Notes: a model not told the origin generated them from the sequence alone. Positions 17,492-26,990 are shown, counted from the first letter of the stretch. The stretch is DNA of 53,950 nucleotides from Candidatus Kaiserbacteria bacterium CG10_big_fil_rev_8_21_14_0_10_59_10 (GCA_002773285.1 PFBM01000005.1:2225-56174), one strand, 5' to 3'. Numbers and translations: made by a program.

Positions 17492-18076
17492 TCACGAGCG
17501 GCGCCGCGCCGCCACGTACCGCGCAATGACGTCCACCTCGACGTTTACCATGTCGTCGGGTCGAAGCGTACCGAGATTCGTCTTCGAAAGCGTGTAGGGA
17601 ATGAGCGCGACCGTGCATACGCTCCTGTCGCATTTCACAACGGTCAACGCGACGCCGTTGAACGTGACAGAGCCGCGCGGCACTATGAGGCGCGAGAGCT
17701 CCGCCGGTACGCGGACAGCGAGCTCTTTGGCGGCCGTGCGCAGCGGCACTTTCGATACCGGGCAGCGCGCGTCAACGTGGCCGAGGACAAAATGCCCGTC
17801 CAGGCGCCCCCCGACCTTGAGCGGCCGCTCGAGATTTACCGTCGTCCCCTTCTTGAAAAAGCCGGCGGTCGTTTTCTTTAGTGTCTCGTGCATGAACTCG
17901 ACTTCGAAAAACGAGCCGCCGGCCGCTTCGACCGTCGAACAAATGCCATCTATCGAGATGCTCTGTCCCGGCTCGAGCGTCCAACCGGCGGGCTTCGCGA
18001 TATGCACCGCCCGATTATTGCCGCGCTTTTCAGACATCAACACTTTCGACTGCGCTTCGATAATTCCCGTGAACAT
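17492..18076 (-). CDS. ribE: Riboflavin synthase alpha chain
   Basis: 194 aa from ATG 18076 (MFTGIIEAQSKV...). Two lumazine-binding repeats (SISIDGICSTV, SVTFNGVALTV). Confidence 0.9.
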   Translation of the reverse strand: MFTGIIEAQSKVLMSEKRGNNRAVHIAKPAGWTLEPGQSISIDGICSTVEAAGGSFFEVEFMHETLKKTTAGFFKKGTTVNLERPLKVGGRLDGHFVLGHVDARCPVSKVPLRTAAKELAVRVPAELSRLIVPRGSVTFNGVALTVVKCDRSVCTVALIPYTLSKTNLGTLRPDDMVNVEVDVIARYVAARRRS

Positions 18077-18086
18077 GATCGAATCC

Positions 18087-18437
18087 TTACCGTGTCGCGG
18101 CCGGCGCCAAGGCGCGCACCCGCTCCACATCCGCTGTTATCGCCGCTCGCAGTTCGTCGTCGTTCGCAAAACTTTTCGCGTCGCGCAACTTCTCCCCGAG
18201 CTCTATCGTCATCTCCTGCCCGTACAATTCGCCCCAGAAATCAAGAAGGTACGCTTCCAGAATGCCGCGGTTCTGGTCGGCAAAGATGGCCGCGTCGTAG
18301 CGCTTGCCCTTCACCTCGACGCGTCCGGCGTACACGCCCGAGAGGACGCTCTCGCCGAGGGGTATATTCGCGGTGGGAAAACCCAGGCTTCCGGCCCGCC
18401 CCTCGCCTCTCTGCGCCACCCCCGAAAACACCTTCAT
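18087..18437 (-). CDS. Riboflavin kinase domain protein (no FAD-synthetase domain)
   Basis: 116 aa from ATG 18437. GRAGSLGFPTANI...GVYAGRV...LEAYLLDFWGELYGQEMTIEL matches the RibF C-terminal kinase domain. Confidence 0.75.
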   Translation of the reverse strand: MKVFSGVAQRGEGRAGSLGFPTANIPLGESVLSGVYAGRVEVKGKRYDAAIFADQNRGILEAYLLDFWGELYGQEMTIELGEKLRDAKSFANDDELRAAITADVERVRALAPAATR

Positions 18438-18498
18438 GAGGTAACAATACAGCTTTTCCGCGCGGTTACAAAACACTACAATTCTCGACTCTTTTTTG

Positions 18499-18570
18499 TG
18501 CGCCCGGAGGGACTCGAACCCCCAGCCAATCGCATATAAGGCGACCGCTCTACCATTGAGCTACGGGCGC
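18499..18570 (-). tRNA. tRNA-Ile with anticodon UAU
   Basis: Reverse complement reads GCGCCCG-TA-GCTC-AATGGTA-GAGC-G-GTCGC-CTTATAT-GCGAT-TGGCT-GGGGG-TTCGAGT-CCCTC-CGGGCGC-A. All stems pair. The 7-nt loop C-T-TAT-A-T gives anticodon TAT. Confidence 0.85.
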
Positions 18571-18582
18571 AGCCCCTAAACC

Positions 18583-19267
18583 TTAGTGCAGATGAGGAAG
18601 TTTTACAATGCCACTTTGCCTAATATATTTTATGCCCTCCAGCACATAGTCATTCAGTGCTCGATTGCCGTAGGATATGTTACAGGTACCGTGTCCGTGT
18701 CCTCCTTTTTGATATGTGATATCGGAACGATTTGATTATTTTATGTAAGAGCGTCGGAAACTAGTTACCGGTAAGCCGAGTTGTTTAGACCAATATTGGA
18801 GTTCCTGCTGCTCGTCCATATCCTTGTACAAATGTAAGCGTGCACGGATTTTTTGTTTTGGGACGCCAAGGAAGAGAAGCCAGCTGACAAAGAAGCGCAG
18901 CATTACAGGGTCCGTGTTGGCGAGCGCAGTCGACGTGTCGTAGCATTTCGTACCCTCTGCCCAGTACAAAAATAGGCCCGAAATAAAGAGTTCTCGTTCG
19001 GAAAAGTTCCCTATGTCCTCACGCGCACGATTATATGCAGCACTCAACGTGCGCACACGCCTGTTTCTACACGTTTCTCTATAGCGCTCTACCCTTTGCG
19101 AATTCTTGTCACTAAGCCGCTTTACCTGGTCACCCGAGAGGGGGGTAATCGTGCAACCACCCGCTGAGTGTACTTTTTGCAATGCCTAATATTTCTTTTA
19201 TTTCATTGTAACTTTTCCCCTGCTTTCGCAACAAAACTGCCTTTTGATGATCAGCCCGTCTTGCCAT
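18583..19267 (-). pseudogene. Decayed HTH plus LAGLIDADG-like (homing-endonuclease-like) gene: one frameshift and one in-frame stop
   Basis: - The N-terminal frame (19267-19130) reads MARRADHQKAVLLRKQGKSYNEIKEILGIAKSTLSGWLHDYPPLG*.
- It shifts at a C6 run (G-run 19140-19145 on the plus strand) into track ORF 18736..19182 (...FISGLFLYWAEGTK...QYWSKQLGLPVTSFRRSYIK).
- After TAA at 18736-18738 the same frame continues for 50 codons (SNRSDITYQKGGHGHGTCNISYGNRALNDYVLEGIKY...) to TAA at 18583-18585.
- The region is visibly AT-richer than its flanks. Confidence 0.7.
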
Positions 19268-19386
19268 ACTGAATACAATTATAGCACTTAGTATGCCACG
19301 GTTCGTGTCACGTTTTAGTTATTTATCAACATGCTTATTACCCTTACTCTCATGAACAAACCGCTCCTATCCTCGCAACTGCGGGC

Positions 19387-20529
19387 TTACCCTTTCATCG
19401 CCCGGGCGACCGCAGGGACGATGCGCTTGTCGAACATGTCGGGGAGTATTTTCTCCGCCGTGGGGCGCTTTACGAGTGCGGCGAGATTTTTCGCAACGCA
19501 CACTTTCATCGCCTGCGTGATCCGGCGAACGCGGTGGTCGAGCGCGCCGCGAAATACGCCGGGGAACGCAAGTGAGTTGTTGAGCTGGTTCGGATAATCC
19601 GAGCGGCCCGTCGCGATGACGGCCGCGCCGCCGCGGCGCGCTTCTTCCGGCATTATTTCCGGCACGGGATTCGCAAGCGCGAAGACGATGGCACCCTCCG
19701 CCATGCGGCGAATGTCCGCAGCCCTGAGAAGCCCCGGACCGGAGACCCCAATCACCACGTCGGCTCCTTCAAGCGCCTCGCGCAATCCGCCCGAGAGCCC
19801 GGAAGGATTCGTGAATCGCGCAAGCTCTTTCTTGTGAGGCGAGAGGTCTTTTCTCTTTCGGCCGATGATACCCTTCCGATCGAGCACGATGATATCGCGC
19901 GCGCCGGCGGCGCGGAGCATATGCGCCGTCGCCGCTCCCGCTGCGCCTGCGCCGGCAATGACGATACGAATGCGCGCGAGCGTTTTGCCGACCACCTTGA
20001 GCGCATTCACCAGTCCCGCGAGAACGACAATGGCGGTGCCATGCTGGTCGTCGTGCATGACGGGGATATCGAGCCGTTCGATAAGTTTCCGCTCGATGTC
20101 GAAACATTTCGGCGCCGCGATATCCTCGAGATTAATGCCGCCAAAGGCGGGCGCGATGCGCACGACCGTCTCCACTATTTCGTCTGCGTCCTGCGTGGAG
20201 AGCACGAGCGGAACCGCATCCACGCCCGCGAACGCTTTAAAGAGCGTCGTCTTGCCTTCCATGACGGGAAGCGCGGCGTACGGCCCGACATTTCCCAGAC
20301 CCAAAACCGCGGAGCCGTCGGATACGACGGCGATGGTGCGGCCTTTCATCGTGTAGTTCCGCGCCTCGTGCGGCTTTTTCGCCAGATAGGAAGAAACGGC
20401 GGCTATGCCCGGCGTGTATGCAAGCGAGAGCTCTTTTCTGTTGCGCACCACGACGGCGGGAGCGCTCCGAAACTGCCCTCGCGTTTTTCGATGCATGTCC
20501 AATGATTTCTTTCCGTGTTCACTGCGCAT
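19387..20529 (-). CDS. NAD(P)-dependent malic enzyme (short MaeB-type)
   Basis: 380 aa. LAYTPGIAAVS, VSDGSAVLGLGN, GINLEDIAAPKCF, IAGAGAAGAA. Confidence 0.88.
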   Translation of the reverse strand: MRSEHGKKSLDMHRKTRGQFRSAPAVVVRNRKELSLAYTPGIAAVSSYLAKKPHEARNYTMKGRTIAVVSDGSAVLGLGNVGPYAALPVMEGKTTLFKAFAGVDAVPLVLSTQDADEIVETVVRIAPAFGGINLEDIAAPKCFDIERKLIERLDIPVMHDDQHGTAIVVLAGLVNALKVVGKTLARIRIVIAGAGAAGAATAHMLRAAGARDIIVLDRKGIIGRKRKDLSPHKKELARFTNPSGLSGGLREALEGADVVIGVSGPGLLRAADIRRMAEGAIVFALANPVPEIMPEEARRGGAAVIATGRSDYPNQLNNSLAFPGVFRGALDHRVRRITQAMKVCVAKNLAALVKRPTAEKILPDMFDKRIVPAVARAMKG

Positions 20530-20544
20530 AGTATGGACGCCGCT

Positions 20545-21474
20545 CTAGATGGCGGGCGGTCGCAGGATGTCCGACTCGCCGCCCAATATCGTCTTAAGTA
20601 TGGCCATTCGCACCGTCACGCCGTACCCAACTTGCTTAAAGTACACCGCGTGCGGCGAATCGTCCACATCTTCTGCGATTTCGCCTACGCGCGGGAGCGG
20701 GTGGATGATGATGGCCCCCTCTTTCATTGAATCCGCCAGCGCGCGGTCTATCACATACACGTCCTTGAGGCGCTCATATTCTTCGGGGGATGCGAACCGC
20801 TCCTTTTGGATGCGCGTCTGGTACACGACATCGGCCTCGCGCATTACGCCGTCGAGGCGCTCAACCTCGCTGTACGGGACCTCATGCTCCGCAAGGTACT
20901 CCTTGATATCGTCGCGCATTCTAAGCTCCGGCGGGGAGACGAATGTCATGCGCACGTCGTACTTGCCGAGGAGGTAGCAAATGGAGCGCGCGGCGCGCCC
21001 GTGCTTGAGATCCCCGACAATGGCGACATGGATGCCGTCTATGCGGCCGACCTCCCGCTCGATGGTATACAGATCATACAGCGCCTGCGTCGGATGCTGG
21101 CCCGCACCATCGCCGCCGTTGATGATGGGAACTTTCGACACCGTGGCGGCGCGAGCGGCCGAGCCGATCTCGGGATGGCGGAGGACGATGGCATCCGCGT
21201 ACTGGCCGATAATGCGTATGGTGTCTTCGAGCGTCTCGCCTTTTACGTCCGAGGACGTTTCCCGCGCGCTCTCAACGGAGATGACGTTGCCTCCCAGGCG
21301 CATCATCGCGGACTCGAAACTAAGCCTTGTCCGCGTCGACGGTTCGTAAAAGAGGGTCGCGAGGATTTTTCCCTCGAGCGAGCGTTCGCGCGCGCCCTCC
21401 AAAGAGGAGGAGAGCTTGAATAGCTCCGTGAGCGATTCCTTCGTGAACTGCTGCGTCTCTATGAAATGCTGCAT
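20545..21474 (-). CDS. pyrB: Aspartate carbamoyltransferase catalytic subunit
   Basis: 309 aa. STRTRLSFE, HPTQAL, HPLPRV motifs. Confidence 0.92.
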   Translation of the reverse strand: MQHFIETQQFTKESLTELFKLSSSLEGARERSLEGKILATLFYEPSTRTRLSFESAMMRLGGNVISVESARETSSDVKGETLEDTIRIIGQYADAIVLRHPEIGSAARAATVSKVPIINGGDGAGQHPTQALYDLYTIEREVGRIDGIHVAIVGDLKHGRAARSICYLLGKYDVRMTFVSPPELRMRDDIKEYLAEHEVPYSEVERLDGVMREADVVYQTRIQKERFASPEEYERLKDVYVIDRALADSMKEGAIIIHPLPRVGEIAEDVDDSPHAVYFKQVGYGVTVRMAILKTILGGESDILRPPAI

Positions 21475-21504
21475 TAGCGCCCAGTATACACTCTGCGCGA
21501 GACG

Positions 21505-22932
21505 CTAGCGCTTGCCGCGGATGAACACTGCCTCCACCGCGCCGGGCATTATGCGGCCCTCGAGCGCCGACCAGCCCACTTTCGTCTTGAGCATGTCGCG
21601 CGTTATGCGGGTCTTTTTCTTCACATTCAACACCGTGAGCGAACCCATAAAACCCTTTTTCACCTCTCCGAACCCTTTGCCGAAATTAGTGCGCGGGAAC
21701 TGCCGCTTCAGGTGCGCGTTGACGAACCGCCCCGGGTTGAACGCGGCGGCACGCGCAACCTCCTGCGGCGTAAAGCCGTGCTCGTTGATGAGCCAGGCGC
21801 ACACGAGTCCGTAGGTGTCGAGCCATGGCGCGCCGCTTTGGTTGTTCTCGCAACATGTCTCGAGAAAAAGCGCCTCGTCCTTCGCTCGCACCGCCTCCGC
21901 AAGCTCCTTGTTGCCCATAGCATGTACCCTCATGCCCTTCAGAGCGCGGGCGTGCTCCGGCTGCCGGAACTTCGCGAAGGCCGAGTGCTTCTCCTCCACG
22001 GTGTGGGGCGCGTGATCCGTTGCCAAGAACTGGATAAAACCCTCCTTGAGAGCGCGTATCAGCGCACGGCGGTGCTCGGGCGATTGCACCGCGGGATTCA
22101 TCTGTATTTTGAGCCAGAGCGAAGGGTCCTGGTCGGTCATCGAGGTATCGAACAAAAGGTGCAGGGGCGAAACCTCGAGAACGATATCGCAGCCGCGCGC
22201 GCGGTATTCGGCTATCATCTCGAAACTCTCCCCGCCCGTCGACCAGTGGCACAGCTTCGCGCGTATGCCGTGTTTCTCGATAAGCGGCAGAAGCAGGCGC
22301 AGTCCCTCGTTGACGCACTCGGCCGGCCGCCTCTCGGTGTGCGTCTTCCCATGGGCGTGCGCCTGCACTATCGGCTCGTACTCAACATGGAAAGAAATAT
22401 TGTGACCCTTGTAGCGCGAGAGTATTTCATCCAGCTCGCCCGCGTACGTCACCGTGAGTGTGCCGACGGACTTTCCGAAATAGAGTTTGTACATGTGCTC
22501 GCCGGGCTTTCCGAGCGGCTTCGTCTTCGCATCGATGCCGACGTAGTTCAATATCGACACGGCATGCCTCAGCGTGCCGACGCGCGAACGGTGCCACGCA
22601 AACTGGCTTTTGCCGACAACAGGGTTCGGCGTATTCGGCATCGCGCACACATGCACGACGCCGCCCCCAAGCGCGGCGTTTGCAGCAGTCGCATATTCCT
22701 CTTTATAGTTTTGCTTGCCCGTGTCGTCCTCGCGCGCATGGATGTGTACGTCGCCGAAGCCGGCAAATATGAGGCACTCGTCGCCATACACATGCGCCGC
22801 CGGCCTTCCGCCGCGTTTGGCGGCCTGCGCCACGCTGCTGATGAGCCCTGTTTTCTCGTCAATATCGATCCGCCCGCGGAACGGCTTTGCATCGTGCGTC
22901 GCAATGCGTCCTTCTATTGTTATATTCGCCAT
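21505..22932 (-). CDS. pyrC: Dihydroorotase-like cyclic amidohydrolase
   Basis: 475 aa from ATG 22932 (MANITIEGRI...). GFGDVHIHARED metal site and ATDHAPH. Directly upstream of pyrB. Confidence 0.75.
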   Translation of the reverse strand: MANITIEGRIATHDAKPFRGRIDIDEKTGLISSVAQAAKRGGRPAAHVYGDECLIFAGFGDVHIHAREDDTGKQNYKEEYATAANAALGGGVVHVCAMPNTPNPVVGKSQFAWHRSRVGTLRHAVSILNYVGIDAKTKPLGKPGEHMYKLYFGKSVGTLTVTYAGELDEILSRYKGHNISFHVEYEPIVQAHAHGKTHTERRPAECVNEGLRLLLPLIEKHGIRAKLCHWSTGGESFEMIAEYRARGCDIVLEVSPLHLLFDTSMTDQDPSLWLKIQMNPAVQSPEHRRALIRALKEGFIQFLATDHAPHTVEEKHSAFAKFRQPEHARALKGMRVHAMGNKELAEAVRAKDEALFLETCCENNQSGAPWLDTYGLVCAWLINEHGFTPQEVARAAAFNPGRFVNAHLKRQFPRTNFGKGFGEVKKGFMGSLTVLNVKKKTRITRDMLKTKVGWSALEGRIMPGAVEAVFIRGKR

Positions 22933-22949
22933 AGCTATCGGTTCATCGT

Positions 22950-24008
22950 TTAGCCCGCCTGCGGGAAATTCGCGAGTATGAACGCCCGCGTCTCCTCGTA
23001 CGCGAACGGATACCCTCGTACCTCGGCCCGGATGTTCCGCACGGCGTGCGGATCCCACTCCGTGCGGATGCGCTGAATGAATCGATCGGCGGCTGCCACG
23101 TCAACATGCTCGAGCGCTTTCCCTCTCGCATCCGGCGACCGGAACGGAAACCTCCGGATGTCCCCCAGGATGATGGGCAACTCGGCAAGCGTAACGCCCG
23201 GAGCCTCGATGGTGTGTTTGAACAGAGATTCAGCTTGCCAGTCCAGCACAAGGTACATGGCCTGCTTTTCGGCTGAGCCGATCGACTCGTCACGTGAGAT
23301 CTTTGCATGTGCGGTGCGCAGTCCCTCAAGCGAGGCATCCTGCAGCGGCTTGCGCGCCAGCGCAAAAAGTATCTCTCTTCTTTTCTCCCCGCCGCGAAAG
23401 GGGAACCGCGCAATGTATGCCGCAAGCTGCAGCGTTGCCGGCAGATCGCGCCGAGTCATTCGTACGGTCTCCCACAAGATATTCGCTGCACGCTCATCTA
23501 TCATTTCCAAGACGCGCCGCTTTCTATCCGAGTCGCTGAAGCGGTGCACCGCATTCGCAAGATCGCGCAGTTCCGCAAGCTCCGCTTTGCCCGCGCGCCG
23601 CGCGAGCGCAATTTCCTCTTGTTGCGAGAGCTCGCTGCGTTTGCCGCTCTCCGCTTCGCTACTTCTCTTTGGCGCCTCTTCTTCTCCGCCCGCGAGGTAC
23701 CGCTCGTAGGCCTCGAGCAGTTTAGCGGGCGACGAAGGCAGCGCCACGCGTTTCTCCGGCAGCGGCTTGCCCGAGTCGGAAATGCCGACGAACCACACGC
23801 CTTCGCCTGCGCTGAAACCGAATCTGTCCGGCCACTTGGAAAAGTCTCCCTTGTACCGCAGAAGCTGCGTCAGGGCAGATGCCACCGTGTGCCCCTTCTC
23901 TCCGTAGCCGGGCGGCAGGCGATCCGGCGCACATCGCTTGAGCAATTCTTTTACGCGCCTTCCGTTCAACTCGCCTGACCGCTCTTGATGAGAAAAATGC
24001 TCGTGCAT
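22950..24008 (-). CDS. Hypothetical protein (no family recognised)
   Basis: Long ORF with normal amino-acid composition. ATG at 24008 (MHEHFSHQ...); an alternative GTG at 24062 lies 4 nt after the ftsH stop. Confidence 0.55.
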   Translation of the reverse strand: MHEHFSHQERSGELNGRRVKELLKRCAPDRLPPGYGEKGHTVASALTQLLRYKGDFSKWPDRFGFSAGEGVWFVGISDSGKPLPEKRVALPSSPAKLLEAYERYLAGGEEEAPKRSSEAESGKRSELSQQEEIALARRAGKAELAELRDLANAVHRFSDSDRKRRVLEMIDERAANILWETVRMTRRDLPATLQLAAYIARFPFRGGEKRREILFALARKPLQDASLEGLRTAHAKISRDESIGSAEKQAMYLVLDWQAESLFKHTIEAPGVTLAELPIILGDIRRFPFRSPDARGKALEHVDVAAADRFIQRIRTEWDPHAVRNIRAEVRGYPFAYEETRAFILANFPQAG

Positions 24009-24066
24009 AGTCGCATTGTGCAGGAGCAGGCGCTCTAGGCAAGCGGGCAGCGCGCCGCGCACGCGC

Positions 24067-26013
24067 CTACACTATGGGAGCGTGCTCAATGTCTTGTTTT
24101 TTCTTGGGGACGATGCCGTGTGCGATGAGTATTTTCTCGAATTCGTCGCGCTCTATGGTCTCCACTTCGATGAGCAGCTTCGCGATAGCGTCGAGTGCGG
24201 GACGGTGCGTCGTGATGACCTCTTCCGCGCGCTTATACGCATCGGTGACAATACGCTTCACTTCTTCGTCTATTCTTGAAGCCGTCTCCTGGGACTGCTC
24301 GTTGCCTTCGATGCCGCTCCCGAAGAGCGCTTTGGCGGCACTCGCCGCGTATGCCATGGGCCCCACTTTCTCGGACATGCCGTAGCGCGTGACCATGTCG
24401 CGCGCGAGCGCCGTGAGGACCTGCAGGTCGTTCGATGCGCCCGTAGTTACATCGTCGAAAATCAGCTTCTCCGCGATGTAGCCGCCAAGGGAGACCGCGA
24501 TATCATCCTCGAATTCGCGCCTCGACTGCATGCGCCTATCCTCAAGCGGAAGCTTCAGCGTGTAGCCCGCCGCGCGCCCGCGGCTGATGATGGACACCTT
24601 GTGCACCGGGTCGGCATACGGCAGGACGGACGCGACGATTGCGTGCCCCGCTTCGTGATAAGCGGTTATCTCCTTCTCCTTCTTATTCAACACGTGTGAG
24701 CGGCGTTCGGGCCCGAGCATCACCTTCTCTATCGAGCGCAGAAGGTCGTACTGCGTTATCTCTTTTCTGTTTTCGCGTGCCGCGAGGATCGCCGCTTCGT
24801 TCATGAGGTTGGCGAGGTCGGCGCCGGAGAAGCCCGGCGTGCGTTCGGCGATAACCTCCAGGTTCACGTCCGGCCCCATGGGCTTTTGCTTCACGTGCGT
24901 CTTCAATATGTCCTCGCGGTCCTTCCTGTCGGGCAAGTCGATGACGACACGCCTGTCGAATCGTCCCGGGCGCAGAAGCGCGGGGTCCAATACGTCCGGC
25001 CTGTTCGTCGCCGCCATGACGATGACTTTCTCATTGGGCTCGAACCCGTCCATCTCGACGAGTATCTGATTCAGCGTCTGTTCACGCTCGTCGTTGCCGC
25101 CGCCGACGCCGGAGCCGCGCACGCGCCCGACGGCGTCTATCTCGTCCATGAACACGATGGCGGGCGCGGCCTTCTTCGCGGTCGAAAAGAGATCTCGAAC
25201 GCGTGATGCCCCCACACCCACGAACATCTCGACGAATTCCGAGCCGGAGATGGAAAAGAACGGCACGCCCGCCTCGCCGGCGACAGCGCGCGCAAGGAGC
25301 GTTTTGCCGGTGCCGGGCGGGCCCATGAGGAGCACTCCCTTGGGGATGCGCGCTCCTATCTGTATGAATTTCTTCGGGTTCTTGAGGAAGTCAACTATCT
25401 CCGTCAGCTCCTCTTTCGCCTCTTTCGCGCCCGCCACGTCTTTGAACGTCACGCGCTGCACCTCGTCTTCCGGCGAGACCAAGCGCGCCATCGAGCGGCC
25501 GAAGGTAAAGGCCTGCATGCCTGCGCCGCGCATCTGCCGCGTGAGGAACCAGATGATGCCCACGAGAAGAAGGATGGGTATAAGAAGCGGCGCGAGCGTA
25601 AGGAACCAGAAGCGCGCGCCTCCTTCGTCCTGCACCTCAATGCGTACGCTTGCTATCTGCTCGGGCGTGAGCCCGTAATTAGCGAGGGTCTGCGTGAGCG
25701 AGGCCTCGTTCTCCTTGCGCGACGTCTTGACCGTTTCGTCGTGGTACAGAGCTTCGATGTTGTTGCCCTCTACCGTGATGGTGTCGACGTGCCCGAGTAC
25801 TATGTCAGCCGCGATCTGCGAAAGCGGCACCTCCTCGTCCTCGCCCTCCACGTATTGCCGCACAAAAGAGTACCCGGCGGAAAGTACGAGGAAAATGGCA
25901 AAGGCGATCGCCAGCTGCATCCATATGGAAGGGCCTTCCTGCCCCTGCGGGCCCCTGCCTTTCCTGCCGTTCCGCTTCGGGGGCTTCGAGTGTATGGGGG
26001 GTATTTCTGCCAT
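24067..26013 (-). CDS. ftsH: ATP-dependent zinc metalloprotease FtsH
   Basis: 648 aa from ATG 26013 ([10 protein letters not shown]...). Two TM helices, Walker A GPPGTGKT, Walker [18 protein letters not shown] zinc site. The track's 127-aa upstream extension is Pro/Arg junk. Confidence 0.95.
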   Translation of the reverse strand: MAEIPPIHSKPPKRNGRKGRGPQGQEGPSIWMQLAIAFAIFLVLSAGYSFVRQYVEGEDEEVPLSQIAADIVLGHVDTITVEGNNIEALYHDETVKTSRKENEASLTQTLANYGLTPEQIASVRIEVQDEGGARFWFLTLAPLLIPILLLVGIIWFLTRQMRGAGMQAFTFGRSMARLVSPEDEVQRVTFKDVAGAKEAKEELTEIVDFLKNPKKFIQIGARIPKGVLLMGPPGTGKTLLARAVAGEAGVPFFSISGSEFVEMFVGVGASRVRDLFSTAKKAAPAIVFMDEIDAVGRVRGSGVGGGNDEREQTLNQILVEMDGFEPNEKVIVMAATNRPDVLDPALLRPGRFDRRVVIDLPDRKDREDILKTHVKQKPMGPDVNLEVIAERTPGFSGADLANLMNEAAILAARENRKEITQYDLLRSIEKVMLGPERRSHVLNKKEKEITAYHEAGHAIVASVLPYADPVHKVSIISRGRAAGYTLKLPLEDRRMQSRREFEDDIAVSLGGYIAEKLIFDDVTTGASNDLQVLTALARDMVTRYGMSEKVGPMAYAASAAKALFGSGIEGNEQSQETASRIDEEVKRIVTDAYKRAEEVITTHRPALDAIAKLLIEVETIERDEFEKILIAHGIVPKKKQDIEHAPIV

Positions 26014-26087
26014 CGGGGCATTATACAGAATTAGAGGCCTGGGACTAGGTTCTAGGGGGCGCGGTAGTCGCGGTATATAGTTATGAA

Positions 26088-26531
26088 ATGGCGCTGCTGG
26101 ATAACAAGCGCGGGTTGTTTGACTTCGATATTCTTGAGGAAATCGAGGCGGGTTTGGAATTGCGTGGATTTGAAGTGAAATCGCTTCGCGCAGGACAGGG
26201 CTCTTTGCGCGGCGCTCGGGTAGTGGCGCGAGGCGGCGAGGCCTACTTGGTGGGCGCGACCATCCCGCCGTGGCAACAAGCCAATGCGCCGAAGGAGTAC
26301 GACCCCGAGCGAGCTCGCCGTCTCCTCCTTGCAAAGAAGGAAATAGCGCGCATCGCGGCTGCGGAGAGCGAAAAGGGCTTGACAATAGTGCCAATTAGGG
26401 TGTATAATAAAAAGAGGAACCTGAAGCTTTCTATCGGCATCGCGCGTGGAAGAAAGAAGCACGACAAACGTCATGTTATAAAAGAGCGCGAAGAGACCCG
26501 CCGGATACGCAGGACTTTGAAAACCGAATAA
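26088..26531 (+). CDS. smpB: SsrA-binding protein SmpB
   Basis: 147 aa. FDFDILEEIEAGLELRGFEVKSLR...KLSIGIARGRKKHDKR. Confidence 0.92.
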   Translation: MALLDNKRGLFDFDILEEIEAGLELRGFEVKSLRAGQGSLRGARVVARGGEAYLVGATIPPWQQANAPKEYDPERARRLLLAKKEIARIAAAESEKGLTIVPIRVYNKKRNLKLSIGIARGRKKHDKRHVIKEREETRRIRRTLKTE

Positions 26532-26596
26532 CGCCAGTCAATCGCCTAGAGAGCGATTCAATTTTTTTGATACCTGCGCGCGAAGCGCGCTCTAGG

Positions 26597-26986
26597 GGGG
26601 GTGACTGGCTTCGACAGGGAATACGACGCGCATATGTGCGTGGCAGAGTTGGAACACCTCTTAAAACTGCTCCAAACAAATAAGTGCGAACAAAGTAGCA
26701 CGTGCAATTCTTTCACCTATCCAGATGAAGGACTTGCAGCCCGCTTACGCAATAGCCTAAGCGGCCGCCTTCCGACCTCAGCGCTTGAATAGGGTCGGAT
26801 AGGCGTCACCATCTTCAAGCACTGGCACGTACCGTCCGATGCGTGCCTAAGATAAGGACTAGGGCTTGCCGCGATTCTGTACATCTCTTACGCGGCTCGT
26901 CCGAAACAAACAAGATGTGCTACGCCATGTAGAATCCTATGCGTGTAATTCTTTGGACGGGAGTTCGATTCTCCCCACCTCCACCA
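26597..26986 (+). ncRNA. ssrA: tmRNA (SsrA)
   Basis: - 5' GGGGGTGACTGGCTTCGACAGGG pairs with 3' CACCTCC-ACCA (G3-U pair present).
- T-arm GGGAG-TTCGATT-CTCCC.
- Lies directly downstream of smpB.
- Candidate tag ORF 26686-26760 encodes ANKVARAILSPIQMKDLQPAYAIA followed by a stop. Confidence 0.9.
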
Positions 26987-26990
26987 TTTG

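Noticed and set aside
18736-18738. In-frame TAA as evidence for stop-codon reassignment.
   Set aside because: TAA, TAG and TGA each terminate well-conserved genes in this window at the expected positions. The same gene also carries a frameshift, so decay is the simpler explanation.
18606-19200. Imperfect direct repeats (CAATGCC...GCCTAATAT..TTT) flanking most of the endonuclease-like pseudogene, as possible insertion boundaries.
   Set aside because: They are short, AT-rich and gapped. One copy lies inside the reconstructed coding sequence (EILGIA), so there is not enough evidence for target-site duplication.
26014-26394. 127-aa upstream extension of FtsH in track ORF 24067..26394.
   Set aside because: It is a Pro/Arg-rich sequence overlapping the smpB gene on the other strand. 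ATG 26013 is preceded by TATAAT at the leaderless spacing.
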